Source of the DNA: Nitrospirota bacterium
GTDB taxonomy: Bacteria > Nitrospirota > UBA9217
Direction of reading: 5' to 3'
Assembly: GCA_963845065.1 (NCBI GenBank)
Contig: CAWJQQ010000006.1
Location: 128,001 to 192,000, forward strand
Length of the DNA stretch: 64,000 nucleotides
This document shows, one piece after another, positions 43,344 to 52,731 of the stretch; position 1 is the first letter of the stretch, and every line of letters begins with the position of its first letter. The translations under genes were made by a program, and so were the position numbers. Below the pieces are notes generated by a model. The model did not search any database and was not told the origin of the DNA. It was given only the letters and a program-made list of their open reading frames with translations.

Positions 43344-44816
43344 TTATCTCACTGACTTCGTTTTATTAGCCGATGCTGTCTGTCTCAACATAATCTGGAT
43401 TAATCCCAAAAGTCCCGCGAAATAATATCTTACATGATGCCAGCTTCTCATCCTCAATAAATACGCCATTATTATTCTCGGACGGAAATAAAACCTTCGA
43501 AATGCCGTTTTGGAAAAATGTTCCAACTCTTCGATCGTTAAGCCGTTGGCTACAAACATCGGGAACCAGCCATGAAGTTTTTTCCAGTTGTTGTCAAACG
43601 TACCGTATTGACTTGCGACGTCATACAATTCCGAACCAGGGAAAGGGGTCATGTAGGAAAAGTGCGCATCATCCAATGGTAATTTTAAGGCGAAATCGAT
43701 GGTTTGTCTGATGGTTTCGGCCGTTTCCGTAGGACTACCAATGATAAAAAAGCCACAGGGATTGATACCCATTTCCTTGGTCATGACGACCGCCTTCGTA
43801 ATTTGCTCGATGGTGGTCTTCTTTTTAATTATGTTCAAGATTTTCTGACTGCCGCTCTCGATTCCGTACCATATCTGCCAGCAACCTGACTTCTTCATTA
43901 AAGCCAGTATTTCCGGGTTGACCATATCAACTCTGCCGGCACATGTCCATACGAGATCTATCTTTTCGGCGATTATCAGTTGGCACAACTCCCTTAATCT
44001 ATTCGGGAAGGCCAGGTAATTGTCATCCCTGATCTGCACCTCTCGAATTCCATATTTATAATAGAGTTCCTTTATATACTCGAAAGTTACGTCAGCGCTG
44101 TACGCCCGCAAGCAATTCCCGAAAACGCTTCGATCACAGAATATGCATTGTCCCGGGCACCCCCGTGAAGCGACCAACAGAGCTGCTGGAATTTTTTTTA
44201 CCGTATGCAGGGGAGGCCGGTAATACATAGCGAAATCCGGCAACAGGTGCCACGCCGGTTTGGGCAGCGTGTCCAGGTGCCTAATCGGTGGCCGCCGCCC
44301 GGTATCTACAAGTTTTCCATTTTCCCGGAACACAATCCCGACTATCTTGTGCAGATCTCCATTTGTTTCCAGACAGTTTAATAATTCAACGATTGAGTAA
44401 TCTGCCTCGCCAATGACGCCAATATCAAAATTTTTGCACCTGGTCATCGACTCTAGCGGAACTGCCGTAAAGTGAGCTCCTCCCACAATAACTATAATTT
44501 CCTTGTCTGCCTTTTTAATATCCGCAGCCAATAATGACATTGCGTCGAAAGCGATAGTTGACCCCGTGATGCCGACGTATTTGTATTTTCCCTTGACAAT
44601 TAGCTTGATTAATTCATCATCGCTTAAACCGAGCACTGTAGCGTCAATAATTTCAGTTCGGTACCCGCTTTCGAGAGTCATGGCCGCCAGATGGGTCAAA
44701 CCCAGGGGCGGAGTTAGACCGCCAACCATCACCTTTATGCCATAACGATCTTCAGCGGTCAGCAACGGATTAATAAATATGATTCCGTCTTTTCTCAGAT
44801 TATCTTCCTCATGCAT
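43344..44816 (-). CDS. B12-binding radical SAM protein (class B methyltransferase-like)
   Basis: PPLGL, GGAH, GEAD, SRGCPGQCIFC (CxxxCxxC), GIESGSQ, FIIGSPTET, TPFPGS. Confidence 0.93.
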   Translation of the reverse strand: MHEEDNLRKDGIIFINPLLTAEDRYGIKVMVGGLTPPLGLTHLAAMTLESGYRTEIIDATVLGLSDDELIKLIVKGKYKYVGITGSTIAFDAMSLLAADIKKADKEIIVIVGGAHFTAVPLESMTRCKNFDIGVIGEADYSIVELLNCLETNGDLHKIVGIVFRENGKLVDTGRRPPIRHLDTLPKPAWHLLPDFAMYYRPPLHTVKKIPAALLVASRGCPGQCIFCDRSVFGNCLRAYSADVTFEYIKELYYKYGIREVQIRDDNYLAFPNRLRELCQLIIAEKIDLVWTCAGRVDMVNPEILALMKKSGCWQIWYGIESGSQKILNIIKKKTTIEQITKAVVMTKEMGINPCGFFIIGSPTETAETIRQTIDFALKLPLDDAHFSYMTPFPGSELYDVASQYGTFDNNWKKLHGWFPMFVANGLTIEELEHFSKTAFRRFYFRPRIIMAYLLRMRSWHHVRYYFAGLLGLIQIMLRQTASANKTKSVR

Positions 44817-44985
44817 TCACGATCTCGAGATGACGTCATCATCAACATCTATTGCTCGTCGGATAACAGAAATTAACCGCCAGATCGGCGGCTCAAGTTA
44901 CTTTGTTCGTTATTATAATCGCCTTGACTTCATTAATCAACAAGCCTTTTAAGCAACATGAAGGTTATCTGGCGGGTAGTTCTCA

Positions 44986-46788
44986 TTAAACCGGCTTATG
45001 CAATTTAACAATAGATAAAATCTTAAAATGATCGACAAAGATCGAATAATAATCCAGATCAGAAGAAATCTGATCCGGACGCATTCGATAGCCGGTTATA
45101 TAATAATCGGCATCGGGTAATTCTGCCATTTGAAATCGTTTCGCATCATCCGGCCTCATTGAAAAAAGGTTAATAAGAACCAGATGGGGATTATCCGCTT
45201 TAATTTTTACAATCTTTCTCTTATCGGTCTTGGCTATATATTCCAGCCCTTCACGATAAGACAAGCCCCAGTAATCGCGTTCAAAATACTCAGCAGCGTG
45301 TTTATCGGCAATCAGGTTAAAGTAAACATTCTCGTGAGGGTGAAACTTGATCATCCACAAAAAGGTGTAGGTCATATTCAGAACCATACAAGCTACAATC
45401 GTAAAATAGGCAATCTGATAGTGTGATCGATGAGATATTTTCCTTATAAGACGAAAGGAATTTGTCAGGCCGATCATAGCAATCAATAAAAATGAAGAAT
45501 AGATAAAATACATTTGTCGCCAGCCGTCATATAAGACAGATCGAAAAACTATCACGGCCAGGATCGGGCCAAAAAAAAGCAAAAAGAACGCCAGATCCTG
45601 CCTCTCATTTTCATTACTGTAAAGGCGCCATCCGTTTATGAAAATTATCCGAATGATTGTAAGAACCCCAACAAAAAAACAAAGTGAATACATTATTGGA
45701 GTGGTTATGGCAAACCACACGGGAATGTAGTGCCAGGGTACCACTGATGCTGTGATGATTTTGCCCATATACAGCATGCCAAAGTTGCCTGCTGACATAT
45801 ATCTGCTCATATGGAAAAAAGCCTGGACGAAATTGTGAAAAGGGTCTTGCCATAAGTAGGGCCAAAACATTACGGTGAGGACCACCAGAGAAATTGTATA
45901 GGCTAATAATGCCAAAACGTCACTTTTTATTGATTCCGCTTTTAGTTTTGCCTTTATCAAATCTACAATAATAAATACAAGACCTAGACAGGGAATAATG
46001 ATCCCGACAATTCGAATATCAATAGTTAGGGCAGATGCCAAAGCGAATAAAAATGCGTTTGGAAGCGACTTTTTGTTCAGAAAACGAATTAAGAAATAGA
46101 TGGCTATGGTAAATGATGACAAAAAGACGAGATCCTTTAAATTATAAAAGGATTCTGCAAAAATGCGCGGGCTCAATATAAAGAAAAGACAACCTAATAA
46201 GCCGGTTTTCCAGCTAGCAAATCTATTTTTAACTGTAAGAAAGAAAAAAAACGAACTGACATAAAACAGTAGGAATGTGAATAAATGCCGCAGAGCATAC
46301 AGTTCGGGACCATTTTCTCTATGGCCTGAAATAATCTCAATGGCGAACAGGAAAAGATCAAATACAACTCCGTATTCCTTGGCTATATAATCATGCAATG
46401 GAGGGTAGTTGCCGAATTGTGAAAAGCTGCCGGGAGATATCAAATCCGCGATATACTTTACTGATACAAAAGCATTGATACGATGATAGGGCTCGTCCCA
46501 CGAGATGCCATAGTCTTTGTACACGGAGAGTCCAACAATTAGAAAAATCAAAAAAAACGTAAATATAATAGCGTATGACCGGAATTCGATGAAGGACTGT
46601 AAAATATTTTTTTTATTAATCGTCGTCTGCATACTATCTAAAAACTCCATCTTTTTACAATGGCCGGAATGCTGAGAAACCGTCCTTTCAGCTGACTTAC
46701 TTGCCTTCTTTATTTGTGCAACCGCAATAAGAGATCCCAGCTTCATAAATCCTGCATTCCAATCTCGGTATCTTGGCCGTGACTTCAA
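44986..46788 (-). CDS. GT-C (ArnT/PMT-2-like) membrane glycosyltransferase; start probably near 46650
   Basis: DYGISWDE after TM1, SPRIFAESFYNLKD, PWHY, LYDGWRQ, DYWGLS; multiple TM segments. Confidence 0.8.
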   Translation of the reverse strand: MKSRPRYRDWNAGFMKLGSLIAVAQIKKASKSAERTVSQHSGHCKKMEFLDSMQTTINKKNILQSFIEFRSYAIIFTFFLIFLIVGLSVYKDYGISWDEPYHRINAFVSVKYIADLISPGSFSQFGNYPPLHDYIAKEYGVVFDLFLFAIEIISGHRENGPELYALRHLFTFLLFYVSSFFFFLTVKNRFASWKTGLLGCLFFILSPRIFAESFYNLKDLVFLSSFTIAIYFLIRFLNKKSLPNAFLFALASALTIDIRIVGIIIPCLGLVFIIVDLIKAKLKAESIKSDVLALLAYTISLVVLTVMFWPYLWQDPFHNFVQAFFHMSRYMSAGNFGMLYMGKIITASVVPWHYIPVWFAITTPIMYSLCFFVGVLTIIRIIFINGWRLYSNENERQDLAFFLLFFGPILAVIVFRSVLYDGWRQMYFIYSSFLLIAMIGLTNSFRLIRKISHRSHYQIAYFTIVACMVLNMTYTFLWMIKFHPHENVYFNLIADKHAAEYFERDYWGLSYREGLEYIAKTDKRKIVKIKADNPHLVLINLFSMRPDDAKRFQMAELPDADYYITGYRMRPDQISSDLDYYSIFVDHFKILSIVKLHKPV

Positions 46789-46880
46789 AGTCCTCGAATA
46801 CTCATTTAGATTCCAACGTCTTATCTCGCCCTCATGCCAACGATGGATTAGGGGTGGAGGACTTCAATATCCATAATAAT

Positions 46881-49352
46881 TTATTGAACTGCATTGTTCG
46901 AGCAGCGACTGGATATTTTATCGGATAATCCATCGAACTCTGCCGCCCCCTTACGATGAAGCATCAGGTATCTTATGCCGAACGCAATCAGCATCAAAAG
47001 AGTTATGCCCGATATCCATGCTCCAACATAAAAGCTGAGCGGCTCATAGCGAAATTCCACATGATGATCGCCCAGTGGCAGTGGAACAGCGCGAAAGTTA
47101 TAGTTTGCTCGATAGATTTTCGTCTTAATCCCATCTACATAGGCGTTCCAGCCGGGGAAGTAGGTGTCAGCAAGATATAAAAAGGAAGGAGTTGTAACAT
47201 TAGCAAGCAGCTCGATACGATTATTACTCTCATTTTCTATCTTTATATCTTCCGGGCCTTCAGTTATACTAGGTCGAATTCGTGGGTCCCATATAGGTCG
47301 TTCTTCAAGAACGACGGCGCGTTGCGGATCAAAAGTATTTCTACTGACGAGCTCAAGCTCTGAAGCCGGGTTAGCCTCAACTTGATACCGTTTCACGATC
47401 AACCAGCGAGGAAGCACCCGTTTGTTACGATAAATTTTTATGGTATTCTCCTTTAAGAGACGTTCCCGATCCCCCTTAAGCCCTTCAATGTCGGCACCGA
47501 CAAGATCAAAATTTGGTGAAGAAATAATCCTTGTTGAGATGACATATTTTGTGGAGAACAGGTCGACTATTCTCGAACCATCAATCGATTTTGTTAAAGC
47601 TAATTTATTATATAGATTATCGGTACGATTAACCCGCATTACCTCCCCTCCCCACATATCCCGTATGCCGTAGTTCAGATTTGTAGACGGAGTGAGAACC
47701 CTTTGCCATTCCGCGAAAAGTTTTAAATTCGGCGCAACCCAGGATTCAGTGGAAGATGTTGTTAAAGGTGTCGTGAATGTACGAAATTCCCCGAGTCCAG
47801 CTTTTACTTGTTGCGTCGTCCAGTTGTCAGCCCAATATGTCCTAGCATCTGCAATACCGTAATATCCGAGATTGCCGAAAAGATCGAGGATAAGGATGAG
47901 ACACAACATGGCGACAGCGAATCGTGAACCACGGCTTTTGATTACAAACCATAAAACCGTACACGCGAGCACAAAATAAAATAGCATCCTTTTAAAATTA
48001 TAAAGATTCACTGTTGCTAAATTATAGGTAGGCGAATCAATTCCTGCTGTCTTCATGAAGGTAAGCACCCCCTCGTTATGTCCGATAAGCCAGAGCAGAA
48101 ACAGGGATGCGAACGTTGCAATGATAAGTACCAGCCATTGGAAACGCTTACCCTCGCCGCGACGTGCGATATCGAGCAGGCGCTGAAGGCCAATACCAGC
48201 CATGACTGACAAGGCAAACACGGCAAGGAAGAGGAACTTTACCGGGTACCTTATCTTATTCACGCCAGGTGCCCATACATAGAGATAGGGATAAAGCGGG
48301 TTGAATCTACCGAGTGCAAGAAATACAGATAATGCGCTCAGAACGATCCAGAAATACTTTCCCCTTTTTTCTTTAATAAGATATATGATTGCGAGCAGAA
48401 ATGGCAGACTTCCCACGTACAATGTTTTTAACCAACTCTGCCTTATCCAGTACTTGCTGATATCACCAACAGAACCATACAGGTCCGGAACTAAAAATGA
48501 GATAAAATCTACAGGTGATGCGCTCCATGTAATCGCCTCTTGATATGGCAGACCATTCCAGCGATTAGAATGGATTGCAAGTTCCAGAAAGGGAAATAAC
48601 TGGATCGAAGATAGCCCCAGAAAAACGCCAGCCGTAATAAGTAAAGCCAGGATAGCAAATTTCCTTTTCCCTCCAAATGTTGGCGAAAAAACAGCCATCA
48701 GCCCTAGCACACCGCATGTTCCCAGTACAATTTCTATGCCGCCGCCGAGGAACGATACAGTCAACAATACACCAGACCAAGCAGCGTTATAGCCTGAGTT
48801 GTGTCGAAGTGCTTTAGCAAAAAAAAGCAGAATAAGCGGCAACCACACGAGGGAAAGCATCGAGGAGAGCAAGCTGTGCACCGAAAGCAGATATCCACCA
48901 AGCAGAAAGATTGAGGCTCCGAGAAAGGAGGCCATTCGTCCAGAACCAAGAAACTTAAGAAAAATATAGGTAAACGCCCCGGCGAGGAAAAAGTGAACGA
49001 TGATAATGCTGTTAAAGGCTACATTAAATGGAAGAATGAAGAAAAGGAGATTGGGCGGATAAAGAACGGCGGGTTGAAGCGTGGCAAAAAATGGGTGTCC
49101 ACCGAAGTTGAGGGGGTTCCATAACGGGAACTCACCGGCCTTCAGGCTTTGCACCCAGAAATATCTAGGTGGTATAAAAAAGGTAGACAGGTCTCTCTCA
49201 GAGAATAGACCGCCTCCCTTAACCATATCGAGAAAAGAAAAGAGCGTAACAAAAGAGAGGGCGAAGAATGGCAATATAGCTCTCACCCTCTCTTTTGAAA
49301 GAGTCACAAATCTATTTATTTTCAACACGCCTGCGTACAAACAACTTACCAA
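46881..49352 (-). CDS. YfhO-family GT-C membrane glycosyltransferase
   Basis: GEFPLWNPL.FGG.PFFA..Q..VLYP N-terminus; C-terminal LADTYFPGWNAYVDG...IYRANYNFRAV..P.G.H.VEFRYEP. Confidence 0.88.
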   Translation of the reverse strand: MVSCLYAGVLKINRFVTLSKERVRAILPFFALSFVTLFSFLDMVKGGGLFSERDLSTFFIPPRYFWVQSLKAGEFPLWNPLNFGGHPFFATLQPAVLYPPNLLFFILPFNVAFNSIIIVHFFLAGAFTYIFLKFLGSGRMASFLGASIFLLGGYLLSVHSLLSSMLSLVWLPLILLFFAKALRHNSGYNAAWSGVLLTVSFLGGGIEIVLGTCGVLGLMAVFSPTFGGKRKFAILALLITAGVFLGLSSIQLFPFLELAIHSNRWNGLPYQEAITWSASPVDFISFLVPDLYGSVGDISKYWIRQSWLKTLYVGSLPFLLAIIYLIKEKRGKYFWIVLSALSVFLALGRFNPLYPYLYVWAPGVNKIRYPVKFLFLAVFALSVMAGIGLQRLLDIARRGEGKRFQWLVLIIATFASLFLLWLIGHNEGVLTFMKTAGIDSPTYNLATVNLYNFKRMLFYFVLACTVLWFVIKSRGSRFAVAMLCLILILDLFGNLGYYGIADARTYWADNWTTQQVKAGLGEFRTFTTPLTTSSTESWVAPNLKLFAEWQRVLTPSTNLNYGIRDMWGGEVMRVNRTDNLYNKLALTKSIDGSRIVDLFSTKYVISTRIISSPNFDLVGADIEGLKGDRERLLKENTIKIYRNKRVLPRWLIVKRYQVEANPASELELVSRNTFDPQRAVVLEERPIWDPRIRPSITEGPEDIKIENESNNRIELLANVTTPSFLYLADTYFPGWNAYVDGIKTKIYRANYNFRAVPLPLGDHHVEFRYEPLSFYVGAWISGITLLMLIAFGIRYLMLHRKGAAEFDGLSDKISSRCSNNAVQ

Positions 49353-49373
49353 TCAGAGTAATATTTATGCGAG

Positions 49374-50217
49374 ATTACCAGCCTGCCGGCCCAGTAATCA
49401 CCCCCACCTGCGTCGGTGGAAGGTCAGGTGTCGAATAAGTAAATGTATAAGTAGTATTTGCGCCTGTTAGGACTAGTCCCGAGGCATTAGTCACAAAGGT
49501 GATTCCCTGCAAGTTTACCGCTGGTAAGAGAGACGTAAAACCAATCGTTCCAACCGTACCACCTAGCGCAGCTTGCGAATAAAGCATGGCATTCGCCGAC
49601 CTTAGCGCCCCTAAAACACCTTTAGCAGATCCGTCCGATGCCTGCTGAGATAAGCTAATGTACTGGGGTATGGCAACTGCAGCAAGGATGCCAATGATGA
49701 CGATAACCATGACTAGCTCGATCAATGTAAAACCCTTTTGTCTCTTGAATTTCCTTACCATGTTGTATTCCTCCTTTAGTAAAACATCTAATTTGAGTAT
49801 TGATAATCTCTCATAATAATATTTCCTTATCACGTTATAGCCGTGCAGGCGCAATTACCAGCCTGCAGGCCCAGTAATCACTCCCACCTGCGTCGGCGGA
49901 AGGTCAGGTGTCGAATAAGTAAATGTATAGGAAGTATTTGCGCCTGTTAAGATTAGTCCTGAGGCATTAGTCACATAGGTGATTCCCTGCAAGTTTACCG
50001 CTGGTAAGAGAGACGTAAAACCAATCGTTCCAACCGTACCGCCTAGCGCAGCTTGCGAAAAAAGCATGGCATTCGCCGACCTTAGCGCCCCTAAAACACC
50101 TTTAGCAGATCCGTTCGATGCCTGCTGAGATAAGTTAATGTACTGGGGTATGGCAACTGCAGCAAGGATGCCAATGATGACGATAACCATGACTAGCTCG
50201 ATCAATGTAAAACCCTT
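49374..50217. repeat. Direct repeat of about 364 bp (49374-49737 and 49854-50217), 480 bp period
   Basis: Manual alignment gives about 13 substitutions and no indels (about 96% identity), covering the mature pilin coding region. Confidence 0.95.
49375..49761 (-). CDS. Major type IV pilin (MshA-like), copy 1
   Basis: RBS AAGGAGG; QKG|FTLIELVMVIVIIGILAAVAIPQY; GALRSANAM. Confidence 0.93.
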   Translation of the reverse strand: MVRKFKRQKGFTLIELVMVIVIIGILAAVAIPQYISLSQQASDGSAKGVLGALRSANAMLYSQAALGGTVGTIGFTSLLPAVNLQGITFVTNASGLVLTGANTTYTFTYSTPDLPPTQVGVITGPAGW

Positions 50218-50235
50218 CGATGCTTTCATTATCAT
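49855..50235 (-). CDS. Major type IV pilin (MshA-like), copy 2
   Basis: SKG|FTLIELVMVIVIIGILAAVAIPQY; 6 aa differences from copy 1 in the mature protein. Confidence 0.93.
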   Translation of the reverse strand: MIMKASKGFTLIELVMVIVIIGILAAVAIPQYINLSQQASNGSAKGVLGALRSANAMLFSQAALGGTVGTIGFTSLLPAVNLQGITYVTNASGLILTGANTSYTFTYSTPDLPPTQVGVITGPAGW

Positions 50236-50278
50236 AAAGTCCCTCCATAAGAAAATATGAAGCGAACAAAGTGATTCG

Positions 50279-50713
50279 TCACCACGCTTCGTATCCTTTT
50301 GTACTTGATTTTACCTCACCTTGGATAGCATCGTACGTATAGTGATTGCCGAACGGATCGAGAAGATATCCTTGAGAATCTATCGCCTCCATCTCCAGAT
50401 ATTTCTGATTGAAAAAGACCGGCCCCGAATAGGGGCCTTTTCCGATTCTTGCTGGCAACATCACGTTTTGTTCTATAAGTTCATTCAAGCTTCGCGGGTT
50501 GCGTCCATTCAGCATTTTGAATAATTTTATGCTCGTTCGGATGTTCGTTAATCCTGCCTTAAGCGCTGTTTCCTGAGCCACATGGGCGACTCTCTTGTAT
50601 TTCGGAATTACCACGCCGATCAGTATGCCGATAAGACACAGACTGACCACGGCCTCGATGGTTGTTAATCCCTTCAGTCTTTCGTTCTCACCTGGAGCGT
50701 TAAAATTGAACAT
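50279..50713 (-). CDS. Pilin/pseudopilin-like protein
   Basis: KG|LTTIEAVVSLCLIGIL; ETALKAGLTNIR..I..F....GRNPRSLNEL; DPFGNHY.YD...GEV. Confidence 0.82.
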   Translation of the reverse strand: MFNFNAPGENERLKGLTTIEAVVSLCLIGILIGVVIPKYKRVAHVAQETALKAGLTNIRTSIKLFKMLNGRNPRSLNELIEQNVMLPARIGKGPYSGPVFFNQKYLEMEAIDSQGYLLDPFGNHYTYDAIQGEVKSSTKGYEAW

Positions 50714-50857
50714 CTTAAAATTTGTGGCAAAAATATATCATTTCAGGAATATAATGTCAACCAATAATTGTGTCACAACAAGTTTATTTGTTAAATCAAC
50801 CTGCCGCCTCATTCTTCCGATGCTTGCAGCTTGCAGATGTTGCGATCGCCGTACAGC

Positions 50858-52072
50858 CTATTTCTTGAACAGGTTCATCATGTTCCACATGGGTAGGAAA
50901 ATCCCCAATGCAAGAAACAATACCATGCCTCCAATGAAGAGCAGGAGAATCGGTTCTATCATGGTTGAAAGGTTCCGCAGAGTGTACTCAACATCCATAT
51001 CATAATAATCAGACACTTTGTTCAGCATGGTGTCAATCTGGCCGGTCTCCTCACCCACGGATATCATCTGCACAACAAGCGGGGGGAACAGCCCAGAGGC
51101 TTCCATTGGCCCAAGAAGTCTTTTGCCTTCCCGAAGACTCTCACGCATCTCTTCCACAACACGGGCAAGCACGACATTGCCTGCTATCTCACCAGAAATA
51201 TCGAGCGTCAGCAACATAGAAATTCCGCTCTTTTGCAGAGCGCTGAAGACCCTGGCAAACCTTGAAAGCGCCACCTTTTGAAACAAGACGCCGAACACCG
51301 GCAGCTTTAACTTCAGATGGTCCCAGCGCCACCGACCCTGAGGTGTGCCTACGTACCAAATAATACCCCACACGAGTAACCCTATTCCCAGGATAAAAAT
51401 ATGCCAGTAGTGTTGAGCGGTGTAATTGATTCTGATCAGGATCCGGGTTGGAAGTGGAAGCTCCGTTTTAAAATTCTCGTAAATTGCTGCAAACTTCGGG
51501 ATCACGAAGCTGACGAGGAAAACAAACGCGAGAGAAATCGCTACAATGACGATGAGCGGATAGCGGACCGCCATCTTGACCCGTGCTCGGGTCTCGGCAT
51601 CATGTTCAGCAAGAAGTGCCAGACGGTTCAGAATATCGTCGAGGATACCGGCAGCCTCGCCGGCGCGGATCATACTCACGTAAAGCTTATTGAATATTTT
51701 CGGATGTTTGGCCAGGGCGTCTGAAAACGTTGAACCGGCTTCCACGTCATTCCTGACCGCGGTAATCGTATTTTTCAGCCGTGGATTTTCGGTCTGTTTC
51801 TCCAGGACGGTAAGACTCTGAACAAAGGGAACACCCGCGCTCAAGAGTGTGGCGAGCTGCCTGCTGAATACGATGAGGTCCTGTGGCTTTACCCGTGTAA
51901 GATTCGTGAACAATTCGGCCTTGAAAAGTGGTGGTTTCTGCTCTGCGATAAAAACAGGAATGAACCCCTGGCCGGTAAGCTGGTCTGCAACAGCATCCCT
52001 GCCACGAGCTTCCATTTCTCCCTCATGAAGAGTGCCGTTTTTGTCCCGTGCTTTGTATGTATATTGCGGCAT
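50858..52072 (-). CDS. pilC: Inner-membrane platform protein PilC/MshG (T2SS F family)
   Basis: MPQYTYKARD, FSRQLATLLSAGVP, AGEAAGILD, VGEETGQID, IEPILL...IFLPMW. Confidence 0.95.
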   Translation of the reverse strand: MPQYTYKARDKNGTLHEGEMEARGRDAVADQLTGQGFIPVFIAEQKPPLFKAELFTNLTRVKPQDLIVFSRQLATLLSAGVPFVQSLTVLEKQTENPRLKNTITAVRNDVEAGSTFSDALAKHPKIFNKLYVSMIRAGEAAGILDDILNRLALLAEHDAETRARVKMAVRYPLIVIVAISLAFVFLVSFVIPKFAAIYENFKTELPLPTRILIRINYTAQHYWHIFILGIGLLVWGIIWYVGTPQGRWRWDHLKLKLPVFGVLFQKVALSRFARVFSALQKSGISMLLTLDISGEIAGNVVLARVVEEMRESLREGKRLLGPMEASGLFPPLVVQMISVGEETGQIDTMLNKVSDYYDMDVEYTLRNLSTMIEPILLLFIGGMVLFLALGIFLPMWNMMNLFKK

Positions 52073-52373
52073 GAAATCCTTGGAATACTCCGAACATGAA
52101 TAAGCCCGAGCTCAAATTATGAACCACAGTTCCACGAACAATGCTCCGATTCAAGTATATGATGCGGGACCATCGAACAACATACAGAAGAGCCAAGCTT
52201 TAGAATAAGGATGTATCTGCGTGTCAAGATGAAATTGGAACCGGTCGGGTCAGTTCACTATGAAGCCAGTGTTTTCATCATGTTTTTATATATATGTTTT
52301 ACAGTTTGACCTCACTAATTACCTTACGTTATCATAAAACTCAAATCAGCGCAATAAAGTAAAAAATAAAATA

Positions 52374-52402
52374 TTGACAAATTTTTTTTTCTGCGGTATA
52401 TT
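52374..52402 (+). promoter_or_regulatory. Sigma70 promoter of rho with a long leader
   Basis: TTGACA (52374-52379), 17 nt spacer, TATATT (52397-52402); A-rich upstream element. Confidence 0.75.
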
Positions 52403-52731
52403 TTTTAATAATAGTTTTACAGGCATACCTAATCTAAAACCCCATTTACCAAAGATCAAACCCAACAGATTAATTTCTCAGGTTGAAAAAAGATACGCAC
52501 CTATTCACAACAGAGGAAGGCACGTTCATCCGTAGCAAACTCACAAGCCGGCAGAGTTGTTAATCGTACATGGCACAACCCGACAGTCTGAGGACCCGCC
52601 TCCTTAAAATTCTATATTATTTGTGCATTCATGCATTCACACACATACAGAAACAAAATAAACCACCAACCCACCCCCGTAACTAAGGTACAGACCTATC
52701 TGCCCCTCAAACCCGGGCCAAGGAGTAAATA

